A stretch of 64,000 bases of DNA from Acanthaster planci (taxonomy: Eukaryota): assembly GCF_001949145.1 (NCBI RefSeq), contig NW_019091360.1:4026013-4090012 (forward strand). The letters are read 5' to 3'. The notes under the pieces were generated by a model. It was given only the letters and a program-made list of their open reading frames with translations. It was not told the origin of the DNA and did not search any database. Positions 41,001-56,000 of this stretch are shown in pieces (the stretch's first letter is position 1; the number at the start of each line of letters is the position of its first letter). The translations under genes were made by a program, and so were the position numbers.

Positions 41001-44000
41001 AGTGTAATTTTATAAGGAATCTAGATTCATGATATATTGGGTTGACAGACTTTTCAACTCCTATCCGTACACCAACCAAACTAAAAGCCAGAGTGATGCA
41101 TGCAGACTTAATTTGTGAATGAAAACTGCATTACCATCTTTAACGCTAATTATAATTATGGAAAATTTGGGGGGAAAAGTCCAAACAAGAAAAACAAAAA
41201 GAAAAAGACGCAAACCAAACCATTCTTTATGCAATGGTTGCACAATTACAAACAAGCAAGTTTGACAAATTCATCTTGCCGTGACTTGATGATGGTAGTA
41301 CACAAATACATCTCAGAAGGGCATGCATTAACGAATGAATGTGACTTACAGGAAAAGCAAACTAACAGAGCTTCATAATGGGCATGAACAACAAAGTACC
41401 TGCAGTTATTTTTAAGAAATTCTGTCTATTGATTTTCATTTTAGTTTAAATGCTCCACAGCTTCCTGGGTTATATATCTTCTCTTACGATTTCCAATCCA
41501 AAGTTTTTTCCCTGGTTATTTTAAAACCTTATCACGTGAATTCAGAGATTTGCGTTTTCAAATTTTGTTCATCAAAATCAATTTTGTGCACTTGCAACAT
41601 TTCATTTCATCATTTGCCAAATAATTTTAACTGTTGTTGAATCAAATTTGACCCATAAGCCATTTCATTTGGTCAACGTCGAGCCATGTCATTCAGAAAA
41701 AGAAATTCATCTTTACTGACAAAATTCTGTTCAACTAAAACAAAAAATCCTCTGTAGAAAGGTCACGGTTACAGATAATTTTCCACGGTTTCTCTATTGT
41801 TTCCTTGTAATTTAATGAATGAATTTCCTTAGAAACAGGCTAGACCCATTCTAGGTGCACAAAAAGCAACAGGAGGAAAATGAGGATCATCAAAGTTTTT
41901 GATGCATTGCTATCATTTCCTCCTTTGGATTTTTTAACGTAAAAGAACTTTATGGTTTTTTTGGGTGGGGGTTCGGGTTAATATTCTTTTCTCTGTTGTT
42001 AATCTACTGCGCTGCATCACTCTTGAGGATGCAAGGAAATGCTCTGCACAGAAAAGACATTTACTTTGCAAATGTATTAATATTTATGACCAAGAAAGAT
42101 TTGCTACCATTCAGACATTTAGATGAATTTAATTTTCAGTGAAAAATATTCTCCAGAGTCTTCAAATGCAGCAACAAAACTTTGAAACTTAATAATAAAT
42201 AACCTACTCAGTTTGTCCACTGCATCTGAAATTCCTCTTGGACGAATTTGAACATATGAATTGGTGAACTGGAATAAAAAACATTTCAATATAACATGGA
42301 AAGCCTACTAGAAAATGTATTTTTTAATCAGATATACTTGCAGCCCTTAAATTAAATGTAGCTTCATTGATAATTCTCACAATCTTAATACATCTTTAAA
42401 TTTATTAAAACTTTTGAAAACAAACCCAACACACAAAAACAAAAAAACCCACTGCAGGTGAAGCTGACCCACCATCACGATTGCAGGTCTCAAGGTTTGC
42501 TCACCTGGCGAGCTATATTTGGCTTCCAATTTGGGATGTTTCTGGCTAATCTTGGGACTATCCTCAGTATGATGCAAAATGGCATCTGCATGAACACATG
42601 GATGATGAAGTTAACAGAAAGCAAGCACAGAATGAAGACAAGTGCTTGAAGCAAACAAAAACATGATGCAATGTGAGGGTAGGTTAATGAGGGGCGGGGC
42701 ATGAATAAAGAGGGGCCAAGTGGGATTAATATCTTGTCCTTTCAAGTTTCTGCTTCCATTTGCACCAAGGTGAATGTTTTATCTTCCTGTAACTTTCTTT
42801 TACATGTTCCCCTTCCATATTCAACAAAATTCAAGGATTTTTATGTTCAACTTTCAAATTTGACATCATACAAACCAATATTAGGAAGGAATATCTGTCT
42901 GTCCTTTAGCATATATTCTTGGGTTTACACTCTCTTAATGTTGATCTGGCTATGTGAAAGAATCAAGGGGATTGGCATACAATGATGTAGAAGTAAGGAT
43001 GCAAGACAAGGCAGAGCTAAAACAGTTTCATGAGTTCCAATTACAGCAGTGTGAAGATGCCTTTCCATATGCACGTCAACACTTGCGCCAAGCGTTGCGT
43101 ATCTGTCAAAATCGCTCCAGGAGCAATTTTGACAGTCAAACGTAATGCACGCATGTTTTATGTTAATGGGGTCGATTTTTATGTACATGAAATTTTAAAG
43201 CACGAATGCATCGTGTACGTAACGTACCCAAAAGCGTACGTATTGAAAGCCGCCTTTAGTGTGCAAATTTTGCAACATCTCAAATTTTTCAGTACATCAA
43301 TCAATGGTTTTGCCAATGTGGAGCTGACCAGTCCAGATGAGTCAACCTACTGCTAGCTAATTCAACTTTAATTACAAGTTATCTTACTGGTAAAAGTTAG
43401 CAGATGACCAGCAGCAGTGAACTAATCCAGCCACCTCAATATGAAATAAGTGCCAGTCTTGAGCCTGATTAATCCAACCATAGGACCATGATCAATCCAG
43501 TTGCCTATACTCTATCTACCCTGAGTTGAAGTGCACCCTCACCGCCGAAAGAAACACAGGCCGATACAAAGTTTTCCAAACAGGTTCTGTCACATGTTTG
43601 GTGTGCACACGAAGACCACACATTCCAGCATAAATTTGTTGCGCATACTCAGCATGCCTCGTGCCAAACAGGCATAAACTTGCGCGCCTATGTGGTGGGT
43701 TTGTACCAAAAGACTGTCAGTTTCATTAAAAACATGCCCTCTTTTGTTCCTGCTCTGAGCGGATAAGCATCGGTGGCTCTCAAGCTCACCAGTTCCAATC
43801 ATGACCTGCAGGTGTCGCCTACTGTCCAAGATCCATATCAACAGCTTACATGCATGTACCTCAGACAGCAAAGTTTCACTGCTGGTCACCAGTGGTGACT
43901 CATCAGCATCAGTTACATCATCCGATGCATGCTGATTTCATGCAATCTGACACACATTCAATACTGTAAATAAACTTCAAACAGTCAACTTATGCCAAGC

Positions 44001-47000
44001 TGAACTTTTCAGGGGTCATTTCATTTGAAAGACCAAGCACTTCTCCTTCAATCCAAGCACATGGGTATTCTACGCTTGGGAAGCCCCTCCTAATAGCTGC
44101 ATCCATGTGCCTGGTACCGGTTATGGCAAATTATTTCCAACTATGAAGGGGCCTTGCCATATGCACGTCAACACTTGCGTCAAGCATTGCATATCTGTCA
44201 AAATCAATCCCGGGGCCCTTTTGACGGCCAAATGCAACATACATGTGTGCTACGTTAATAGCGTCAATTTTGGTGTCTGTGAAAGTGAAACGGATGAACA
44301 CATCGTGTATGCAATGCACGCAAAAAAGTTCATTTGGAAAAGTGCCTTTAAGCTTACAGAAGGCATGATTCATTATTAATTAAGGGCTCAGTAAGTCCAG
44401 TTATTACCAGGCTCAAATAGGTTTGTCTAGTCTTACGAGATTCATCAACACTGATACTTGTGAAACTTCAGATCTGTTGACTGACTTGTTCAAAGCATTG
44501 TAATGAAGCCACGGTGTTGAGTATCACTGTTCAGACTTCTGCGATCATTACTGTTTACAGCCATTACTGGTACTGATGTTGATAGGAAATTTCCTGATCT
44601 CACATTCATAAAGCACTTGTTCTCAAAGGCGTTTGCATCATTATATAAATTCCAAGAAATGAGAAACACACACAAGGTAAAGGTGAGCACAGCTTACCGG
44701 CGTAAGAGAAAAACTGAGAAAATGCAACTGCCAATTCAAATTTCTGAAAGGGTGGTTTAGAACAACTGAAGGAGAAATACAGAGGAAGGAGACTTTAGAA
44801 GTGTCAGAATGAAAGATCAGGGGGGAAAAGAAAATGTGTACCATGAAATACTGCTGCAAGACTGATCACTGAAGGCACTGTTTGTAAAACCAAGACTTAC
44901 CTGCAAGGTGATATCAGCTACAGGTCAACATACATATTTACCAGAAGCGTCAGTGTAATTCTTAAACTGCAATTTTATTCCAGACAGAATCTTCCTACAA
45001 GTACAAGCGCCTCCTTGGGAAGCAGTGGTAATCTTAACCACACAACGCACCACTTGACTCTACCTACCCCTGCTGATAAGTGCATGTTTCTTGGTATATT
45101 TTCTTCCTGTAATGTTGGATTAAGCCACAACTTACAGGAATGTCAATTCTAACCGCTTATATTCCGCTGATATCCAACTGCGAAAGTTAAACTGGCGCAC
45201 ACGGAAGACAGAGACGTAAACTGATAGACATACAGATGGACTTAGAAACCAAAAAATGATGAGTTCATGGTTAAATGAAGCTGTACAGAGACTATGACTA
45301 TCAACTGTAACGCTCTGCATGTAATCTGGTTAATGAAGCAAGCACTTCCACATGTTGCACAGTGTAAAAATAATGTCCTCAATGGAAGAACGGTGGTACC
45401 AACTCTGACAGTTAAGAATCATCCCCCCCCAAAAAACAAGAAATGCTGGCAAGGTATAAGTACAGAACAGAAGTATGCAGAGAAGGAATGCTTCATTTGT
45501 AATTTCAACTCCAAACTGTGAAACTGTCCTATCATGTAAAAAGCTTGCCAGCTAAAATATTTTGTTCAATGGGATTTTTATTGAACAATAAGATGTTAAA
45601 GAAATAAGGTCAGTTCATGCTTCAGGCGAATGCAAAAGTGAAGCAAATTTGACATCACAACAACTTTGTGGCAAAATTTCGCTCAAATTGAAATGTATTC
45701 AACTTTCATGAATTTGTCAACGCGAATATTTGATCTGACATCACAAATTCCTGCTCACTTTCACATTCGCACAAAGTACGTACCGGCCTGTACTCTTCAA
45801 GTAGATCTGTTAATGAAGCATTATCTACATGCAAGAGAGTTTCAAACTTTGTTAGTGTTATGACAGATCAAAACAGGATTACAATCATTCAAAGACAAGT
45901 GTCAATGTTAGTGCAGTAATTCTGAAAGAAGAAGGGATTGAGGAAGATGCTCTCATATTGTTTTCTACATGTATGCCCCATCAACTCAACTGTGATTTAG
46001 TTTCCATAGTGTATGACGACCACTAAAGTCACTATGAATACCCTTAAAGTCCCATATTGACTGGTTTGACACAATTAAAATTCTAGAGCAGATAATTAGG
46101 ATGGACAAGTTCGGAAATGAAAGAGAAAAGGAAGGATGGAACATGAGAGTATGGATAGCAAAGAAAAGCAAAAGACAACAGAGAACAGGTGTGCGAGATA
46201 TAGTCTGGAGGATGGCTTAATCAGGCTAAATCTTGACTGGAGTTGAGGTTCAGGTGTAATTATATAAGGTATTAACATTCAAAATCTGCATTTCAAATAC
46301 ATGCATTCAAGATGCGGCATCCACAAGCAAGCAATGCTTTATACTGCCAAGAAGAATGAGAGTTCCATCTTTACCCTGGATATGATGGGATAACCATTCC
46401 CGCTGATGTGACTCCTTAGGTATGGCGTTTTTCTGGCTACCTGGCACCTGCAAAAGACTTACTGAGCCCTTTTTATCATGAGCACTTGGCACACATTCAT
46501 CGTCCAGGTGAAAACTTAGCCGAGGCCTGTCCTTTCCCTTTTGGCAATCTCCTTCGTTCTTGCGTTGCCAAGGATGTTGCTCTTCCTTTTCTTTCTCGTC
46601 CTCATTTTCTTCCTTGTCGTCGTCCACCAGCAAAAAATTGATGGTAGGTTTAAGGACTTGAACGCGGACATACTCACTTGCGATTCGCTGTAAGGCATGC
46701 TGGTCGAGACTGCAGGCCTCCTCCAGGTCTGTTACCTCAGAGAGTTGCTGAGGGGATGCGGGCCCATTGTCAGAGAAACCCTCATCCTGTCTGGTCTCCG
46801 CATGAAGAGGCGGAGAATGGAGTCTTGAAGGTTTATGTCTGTGACCAGAAGACCTTAAGAGTTAACAAAATCACACTGGAGTCACACTGTTACAAAACAA
46901 TTACAACAAGTTAAATACACAGAGAAAAGAAGTGTCCAATACCTATGATCTGTAATTTAAATGACAGGTATGTGAGTCTAATGTCACAGAATGAGCTGAG

Positions 47001-50000
47001 CTGATGTTCAGTGATGGATAAGAAAACTGTTCACAGGCTATTAATTAAAGAGTCTGATTATTTACCTATGTAATCTTTTAACTGATTCTTCTTTTGAAGT
47101 CTGAAAAAAATAAATATGCTTCAGAAAAGGAAAAATTCATGGTCATTCTCTGTGACCCGGGTTGGCAGTTTTTTTTAACAAGAGGAAAAACAGGATTTTG
47201 AAATATTCAAATCAGATTTTTAAAATTTAAATCGGATTTAACATTTTTTTGTTTGGTAAATTGAGGACGAGACAGCCTCACTCTCTATTCCAAAACAGGC
47301 AGATTAGCTGTATATGTGTTAACTTTCCCTATATTTCTTTTGTTACAAAATTAAACAAATTTGTATTTAAATTAAGAGTTTCAAATCAAGATATTTGATT
47401 AAAACCATACCTTGGCAATTAAATATTGTCTTAGCCCGAGTAAAACACATGCAGTATATAGCACCTACATGTATCTACAGACAGTAGTTCCAAGGGTAAA
47501 GTATCAGGTTTTAACTGATGAGTTTTGTCAAACCTATGAATAATAAAACCTTTGAATGTGAGTTACCTTTTGGATTTTCTGTAGCTTGCACTAGGTGTGT
47601 ATACAGGAGACAGTCTCTGGTAATGAGAAATTAAACGACTAGTTTAGAGACCATCTTCTGTACTCTGTACAAACTTGTGATTGTGTAAAGGACAAGCAAT
47701 ATACAGAAAAAGGATGGAGTAACTTTGACAAGTTCTTAGCACTTGAAAACTGCGAAGGTTTTTTCCTCCAATTTGTTGAATTCAATCCAAATAACATTCA
47801 CTGCTGGTACACTGACATTGTGCAAATGCTTCCATGAAACATCTGTCTCTCACACAATCTATGAATCTTTAAAAAGCTGTCAGTTTGGATGTATGGCATG
47901 TGTAATGCAATATCAATTTATTCATTTGATTTTCCGTATCTTGAAAAATATGCTGCAATAAAGATGTCATCATGCAAACTCATGCATGGAATAATCGTCA
48001 TTAACATGTAAGTAGTAATCAAAAAATGCTGCATGACGGTTTTGCAAACATCCTAATAGACTGAATCATTCAAAGTTTAGTAGATATTTCATTCACGGTT
48101 GATCAGCAAAGATACTTTGCTGTAGATGATGCCTGACAAATGGAACAAGAAGTATAATTTGTTAAGTTATTCCTCTGATGCAAGCTTCCCAGAGAGGTGA
48201 CTCATGGGAAGAAGGAGTGCCTTCAGACAGCTTAGTGAAAGAGCTTGAACGAGAAATAAAAGGACCAGTTAGACTGGTCTCACTGTCATCGACTTCACGT
48301 GTTCTTCCAAACATACCATCTCACAAAACATCTCGGTTAATGCAATAAACTGAAAGTTTTTAAAAACGCACTCCAAATACAGAGCAAAAAAATTCACTCA
48401 TGACTAGGAAAGGTTCCATGTGGGTAACGGAAGATTCATTACTTAACTCAACATAAAGACCGTCCGATGACTTTATTCGATTTCTCACCTTTAATCTTTC
48501 TTCAGCTTCATCTTGTCCTTCGTGTTCCCCTTGCTGACTCTTTTCATCATCTTCTTTTATCCGTAAATCCAGTAGCTTACCGTCTCGTTTCTTTCCATCC
48601 TCATCCTCCTTGTCCTCTTCAACGTCAGATTCTTCAACCTCTCCATCCTTGTCCCTATTTCTTGTCTTCAAGACAATACCCGCCTCATTATCAACCTCCT
48701 CCTCTTGTCCCTGCTGATATTCTTTCTGATGGTTCGTGACATCACTCTCCTCAATTAGTGTTAATGGTTCTTCAGCAGTTTGAGATTTAGTCAGACCTGG
48801 CGTGTTGCCGCTCAAACTGTTTTCTGGGACGTCTCTACCTAAGGAGAATCGTCTAGAGTTTTTGGGCACTCCATGTACTGTGACTGACCGTCTCCATTGT
48901 AAACCCCCATCACGGTAAGGTTCCCGTAAAGATTTTCTGTAGTGAGTTCGGTGACTCAGAGAGGGTGTGGCTCTATGACCTGTTGGAGGAGGATATTCAG
49001 ACAGGGAGACATTCACAAGAGGCAGCCAATTTGTCCCTTGTTTCCACATTTTGACAGTAAATTGGAAGCTTTTTGAAATGTAAACACTGGTATCAAAATC
49101 CCATAGAAAAACCTTTCCAGTGAGCAATCAGAGGTACACTATTTGAAAAACTAAGATGTCAACACTTGTTCAAAAGGGGACTTCAGAAGTTGAATTAAGT
49201 TAAAGAAAATGATAAAACTGCATGAAAATTAGCTACTGGCAAGTGAAATTAAAGTGTGACAGTTGAATTTTGTCTTATCCGAAGATTGACCCTCTCTCTC
49301 AGGTATTCCATGTGTGTATACCTACCGGATGATTCCCACTCAGCACCCTATGAAATCCACATTTGTGGGAGACCAGTATTTTAGAGGCTTAATTGATGAT
49401 ATGATGGCTTATTAGTGACTCTTCAGTCTGACAAATCAGGCTGTATAAACATTTCCTAGACAATCAATCTATTTCAGTACTGAAGGCCTAAGGAAGGATG
49501 GAATAGAATAGCTGCAGGGTGTTGGTTATGACTACAATGGCTGAAGCAAAATGGTCCATTAGTGAGACAGGATGAGGATGGGCCATTGAATGACAGGTTT
49601 GCCTCAGGAGTAAAGAGGAAAGAGAGCTGTTGGTGTGTACATTTGGTCAAGGAGCCTGAACGCCCACAGGCAATCCAAGTGTGACTATCTGACTGAATAA
49701 TGTGCATACTACAGCTGTAAAGATAGCTATGAGAATTACACATACAAATTGGATGGTGGGAAGGTGTCAAGTTAAAGTCTCTTTTACACACATTGAAGTC
49801 ATTCTGCCGTTTTACTTGAATTTTATGAGGGATGACAATCAACAACGACATGCAATTAATACTGACGACTGAAGTTGTTTAATTAAGAGCGCACTGCTCT
49901 GTAGCGACCACCGTTGGCAATTTTTGTCTCTGCATTTTTCTTTTGTAAATTGGAGGTCATGGGTTGGAATCCCACCCATCCCAACTGGTGCATTTTTTTT

Positions 50001-53000
50001 CCAACAAAAATTCCCCAGAAGTACTTACCGTACAGTGCACAATAAATTAAGACAACAAAGAAAAAAAAAGATCGATGCAAACTTATATCAAGATATTAGA
50101 CTGCTTTGAACCCTGTAGCCAAGAGGTCATGGAACTGACTGTACCAAGCTCCTGCTGAACACTCCTCACCAATTTCCCCTCCCTACCCAAGGGAAAATGC
50201 TTAATATGGGTAGTGTTGTCTAAGGCGTGATGCTTATTATAGCACTAACTACATTTGGCCACCTAGGATCTCAAATACCTACTAGACAATCGGACGAACG
50301 TCAGTCATTAATGAACCAATCTTGCGGGAGTGTATGAGCTCACTGGCAGAGTGGTTATTTCTTTCTCAAATTCTTACAAATGGGTAATTAGGAAGACATT
50401 TTGTGGTAAACTTTTTGACCTAGGGAGACATCGGTCATTAGGGAGACATTTCAATGTCTCCCTACTGCCCCATCTACCAGAAGGAGGCCGAATTTTATCG
50501 TCCAAATTTTGAGAGATGATGGGTTAGGGTCTAAATTGAAAACATGCAAAGTTTGGTTCAGATCAGATTAGGGAATATTTAATTATGGGACAGTAAAGTT
50601 TGTGCACGTTCTTACGGGAATGTCTCCCAAGTGACCCATTTTTGGTAATGTAAATAACCTTCAGTATGATTCTGGTGTTATAAACCTTGTTTGAATGTCT
50701 AACACTTAAATGTTTCCTTGACTTGAAAAAGTACAAATCAAGTGAGCTAATTACGCCCAAAAAAATATTAGTTGTGCTTCCTATTTACACTGAAAAATTT
50801 ATGTTGCATAGGTGGGTAGTATCTTTGTTTTCTTTGGGGTAAAATTTTTTGGGAATTTTTCTTTATGTTTAATTAAAAAGTTATTTTGATGGTCTACGGT
50901 GTACTCCATGCACTGTTTTTTCCCTCAGATTCGTAACTTGAGGATAGGTATTGTCAAAGATTGTATCCAAGTCAGAGCCTCTTTGGACAATTTGTGTTGC
51001 AGTGACATTTCAATGACTTCATTTCCAAAAATTGTATGAAAAGCGCATACAAAACAATGTAGTGTACATAGAGCACTTAAAACCCACGTGATGATGTACT
51101 ACACAATCACTTGGTGCACACCACCCTAGTTGTCGGGAAACCCTCCACTGGACTAAGATTATAGTCCCCATACATGAATGTTCAAGTGTGTAGGCTGATA
51201 AACGTGTGAGATCATCTTAACACCATGAATTACAGTAACTAGTAGGACTCTACCGGTAGATGAAATCTGAGCTGTGCTGTGGGGCGTTTCAGTTCACTGG
51301 TCAGAGAGGATGGTGTAGTGCTCACTAGTGTCAAGAGGTGCTATTGGAAACTACCTTGATAAATCATCTCAATGTGAGCACCTCATTAACCTCAACTCTT
51401 CTCATTTAAACTACACTCAATGCAACATAATTTGTTAGATTAAATGCAGTAAACTCAACATAAGAAGACCTTCTTGGTCACGTTATTGGATAAGGAGGTG
51501 TTGAAGTAACGGATACTTGCCTGGGTTTGAAAAGAGACCCAGAGAAAACTCACAGAAAGGGTAGGACTTACTATGGAAGTCATATTCACTGAACCTGCGA
51601 TTATAACGACCAGTAGCTTCAGTATCAAAGTCTGAGGGGCAGTATAACTGCTGTGAGAAGTTCTGTCTCAGTGGAACATCTCCAAGAAGTTTCTCAATTT
51701 CATCATGGTCCACCCTGGACTTGGAAGGTTTCTCACTCATTTGGACGACTGTGTCCTGTTGGGATTAGGGTAAATATAGAAGGAATTAATTAGCAAATCT
51801 TAGAAAAACTAAAAAAAAAAGGATATGCACAATAATTTCACCAACAAAATCACCATCGCGTGGACTTCCCTTTGGAGGTAAGGGAACTGCCAACTGCAAA
51901 GCTATATAAAGCAACACACCGGTATGAGCAACATTAACATTACCCAAAACTTTGATAACTGGAAGAAAAGGACATGAACAATAATCTTGCCCTCCAAATC
52001 ATCATCACAGGACTTTCAACAGGGAGCCTCCAAATTCAAATTTCAAAACTGAATACTCGAAACTGAAGAGAAAAATCCAAAATTCAAAACTGAATACCTG
52101 AAACTGAAGAGAAAAATCTGAACCAGCCTTTTTCAGGACAAAAATTAAGTTGACAAGTCTGAAGAAAGCACTTTGCAGAGCTTGGCCTGTCAGCAGACAC
52201 TGACGATGCAGAGGATTGCTGAGAGGTAGATAGCATTTGCAGCGTATCAGCAGAAGTTTAAAGTACACCTTCACATACGGTATGCCTGCATTGCATATGT
52301 ATTAGAAGTGATTTAATCACCAGCTGTGATTTTGACTTTTGATTGGACAAAGTTTACCCTGCTGTCTGCACTCGTGGTAGGGGGTTGTGGGAATAGTGCT
52401 TGTTTCACATTTTCCTTGACCTACAAATTGTTTTCCCAAAGATCAGTCTCTTTGGGAAGGAATTTAAAAAAAGAACTGAGCTTATGCCCCCCCCAAGTCT
52501 CTGGTTTCTGGTCAAAGGCTGGCTCCAAGAATGATGCAGTGACACAGGTTTTCAGGGTTTTTTTTGCCCTCGGTTTTTTTTCCCTACAAGTGATGTCATC
52601 GCATGGCATTTACATGAGTTGTCATACATGTACATGTACGTCATATACGTATAACGCATGATGTCCATTGCGACTGCATGCATATGTACTGCTGCTGCCA
52701 ATTAAACACTGAAACAGTCTGGCACCTTCACTTGTTACTGTTTAAAAGCATTTTCAGCTTGTAGACGTACACAGGACATAAGACCACCTCGTTTGTCTGG
52801 TTCCCAGATGTAAATGAATGATACAGAAATGACGTTACCTGAAAAAGAGTGCCAAACTAAATGTATGCAGGGCCTAGAGGAACTTCTTTCAGTACATATT
52901 ACTCAACCATACCCCATCTAAAACAGATTAAAATTACATTACTGCAGGATTCCAGTCAATCAAGCAAGTTTAGCAGCTTTTAGAAATCGTATTATACCAA

Positions 53001-56000
53001 ATAAAAAATGTTTCAGTTTTGCTGACATGCAGGTCTATGGCGATGAATGTGCTAACCTATATTGGTACAAAATTACAGGTGCATGTACCTCCAGTTGGTG
53101 AAATGTAATTACAACAACGTGATAAATCAGTGGCCATTTGGGAGTTTTCTTTGATAAACATGGATGCTTGAAAATAATCCATCACCCCATTTGCAATCAA
53201 AAGTTTATAATATTGCAGACTGCATGGATAAAAACTGGTTAGATGTTTAGCTTATTGGTTAGATGTTTAGCTTATTGGTTAGATGTTTACCTTATTGGTT
53301 AGATGTTTAGCTTACTGGTTAGATGTTTAGCTTATTGGTTAGATGTTTAGCTTATTCCACTCTGTTTATTGTACAGTTTGTGCAGGGAAAAGAGTTGAAA
53401 AAAATATAATTACAGGTATATCATAATCATGGACGACTGACAAACGCTGTAGTCACCATTTAAAAGAGGTATGCACTATTGAAATATGTATGCCACATGC
53501 AGAGTTGGAGTACTTGTACTCGAACATGAACTCGACTATAACTCGAGTATCAATAAGTACTTGGCCCATACTCTTAAAAGAAGTACTCGGCACATACACT
53601 GTACTTTTAATTTTGCACTCAAACTCATCCCTAAACTTGATAAACTGTAGTGGGTTAATTAACTCGATCCCAAACAGTACTCTAAAGAAATTGTTTTTTT
53701 CCCGATATTAATTCTTTGATACTTATCTTTGATCAAACATTTCACATTCATGTACATGTAAGCTACACGTTAGTCACGCAGTATTTTTATCGACTCTAAA
53801 TGAAGTATTCATGAATGGGTGTTGGCACTTGGCAGTGCTCGCACTATTGCTGGTGAACATTTTTAACTAACAATGCAAATTTCCATAATGTACAATGTAC
53901 TCGGATGTACTCGATTAACTCTGTACTCGTACTTGACCCAATTCGGACTCTGAAAAACTTGAACTTAGATTTTTGGCCCAGGACTCGATTAAAAGTACTT
54001 GGAACCGGCCCGCACTCAGCACTGTGTGTTCTTGGAAAACTTGGTACTCAAATTTTGGTGCTCGACTACATCACTGGCCACATGACACATGATTATTGTT
54101 GCTATTTGAATGGTGGACGATCAATATTGGAAACAAAAATTTTGTACCATATTAGTATCTAAAATATCAGTTCATGAATAGTACTGTGAATGAATTGCAC
54201 CCACAATTATCTGTGTAAAAGAGAGAACTACGTGCAGTGCTTGAACCAACACGCGCACGTACTTCATTTGTTTGCAAAACACTTCCTGGTTCCAAATGAC
54301 ATCGTTCTTTGGTACTCTATACAGTGAAATGAATAAATAAATATTTACTGAACAATGAACGAAAGAACTGTAAGCATTTTAACTTAAACCCCTATAACCT
54401 TTCACTTTAGGGTTTATGTATCCTGTTGAAAACATGCTAACTGAGGATTTGCCTGCTCAGCAGGGGTTAGCTATAAAAGTGCATGGTCCCCAATGGGACA
54501 TCAGTCATGGCAGATTACTGTCACAATGGAATTATACCAAGTTTTCTTTCCTTTATAATGTTAAACTATGCTGTGGAATAGGTCGTCTGTTGCCTGGACG
54601 ATAGACTACCAAACAAGCTGTTGCAGTGTGAGTTGTGTTGAGAAAACAAAAATGTTGGACACCCTTCTACAGGGCACACAACAAAACGCAGAAATTAAGC
54701 AGTCAGGGGAAGGGCAAATAGAACTAAACATTTCACACAATGGGTTAGTCTGGCGTCAATTATTTGTGCTATGGTGTCAGACTGTAAGTTTCACAGTTGT
54801 ACACTCCAAAAACTATTTCCAGTATAGAAATAGATCTCAGCCAGATTTTTTTTTTATTAATGTGACTTCAAATACAGCATATAATGGCTGCAGAGAAAGG
54901 ACTACAAACATAGAAATGATAATCTTTTTTGTTTGTTTTGTTTTTGTGTCCCAATGCTAACCTGAACATGCATTCTGAACTTAAAACCAAAAGCAGTGTT
55001 TCCCACAAATATTTACAGAAACCTGTCTGCAATTTTGTACGCCAATTTTCTTTATCCAAAAATTAATTACAGGTGATTCAAGTCAAATTTTCTTTGTTTT
55101 ATTCAAACACTTGTGACTTGATTCCATGATATGTGTCCTGAGAGAAGAAGTAACTCTGTTTAAGTATTCATTGGAATAATCTTCCATCTAATGCCCACAT
55201 CAAGTCTCCGCTTTTCAACCTAACACACCTGTTGTATTCTAAGATTTTTTCCAATTAATGGGAATGAATGTTGAGCTCTTTTGTTTGATATAATTATTAC
55301 TCTGTTTGGTCATTCTGATGAATACAGACATTGTGTGGGAGAAAAATGTTACGGGTCTGCCTTCCACTTTGGAGTGACTCTGGTGACTTGTGAGACATTT
55401 GGTTAGGTTTGGCCACAACTGGTGAAGAAATATCACAAGAGGAAAAATCCAATCTGGATCCTGTTTGATTTGGTCATTTCCAGTGTATTTGTGATATTTC
55501 CCCTGGCTGAAGACCTGGTTTAGATACCATCAGGTTGGAGATATGCTGTGTGAATTGAGAGTGTCCATTCATTTGATTGTAGGGGTTGTCTCTGCGTTCT
55601 GTGGCTCTTGATGCTCTTTTATGAGTGTCAAACCTTAAATGGTCTAGTTCCTTCCTCGGTGCCTTCCATCAAAAAGCTTCACCAGAAGGAAAAACAGTAT
55701 TTTTACAGCTCTGATTAGGCCACCCCGTAAAGTTCTGGGATTAGGATGGTTTAATATCTACTTTCTCTGTACATAGATGACTAAATGGTTTTTATCTCTC
55801 AGGCAGTCTCTGCCAAACCGCTCTGACTAGGCTCATAGCTCTGCATGTTTCAGCTTCAAAGAAAATGCTAACATCAATTTGTTTCATTTCACCTTTTCAC
55901 TAAGATATTCCTTAAACATTTTTGAAGCAGTGTCTACAGCCATACAGTTGAGCAAGTTCGTGTCTCAGTACTTCCTTCATGAAACCGGACTCCATGGAAT

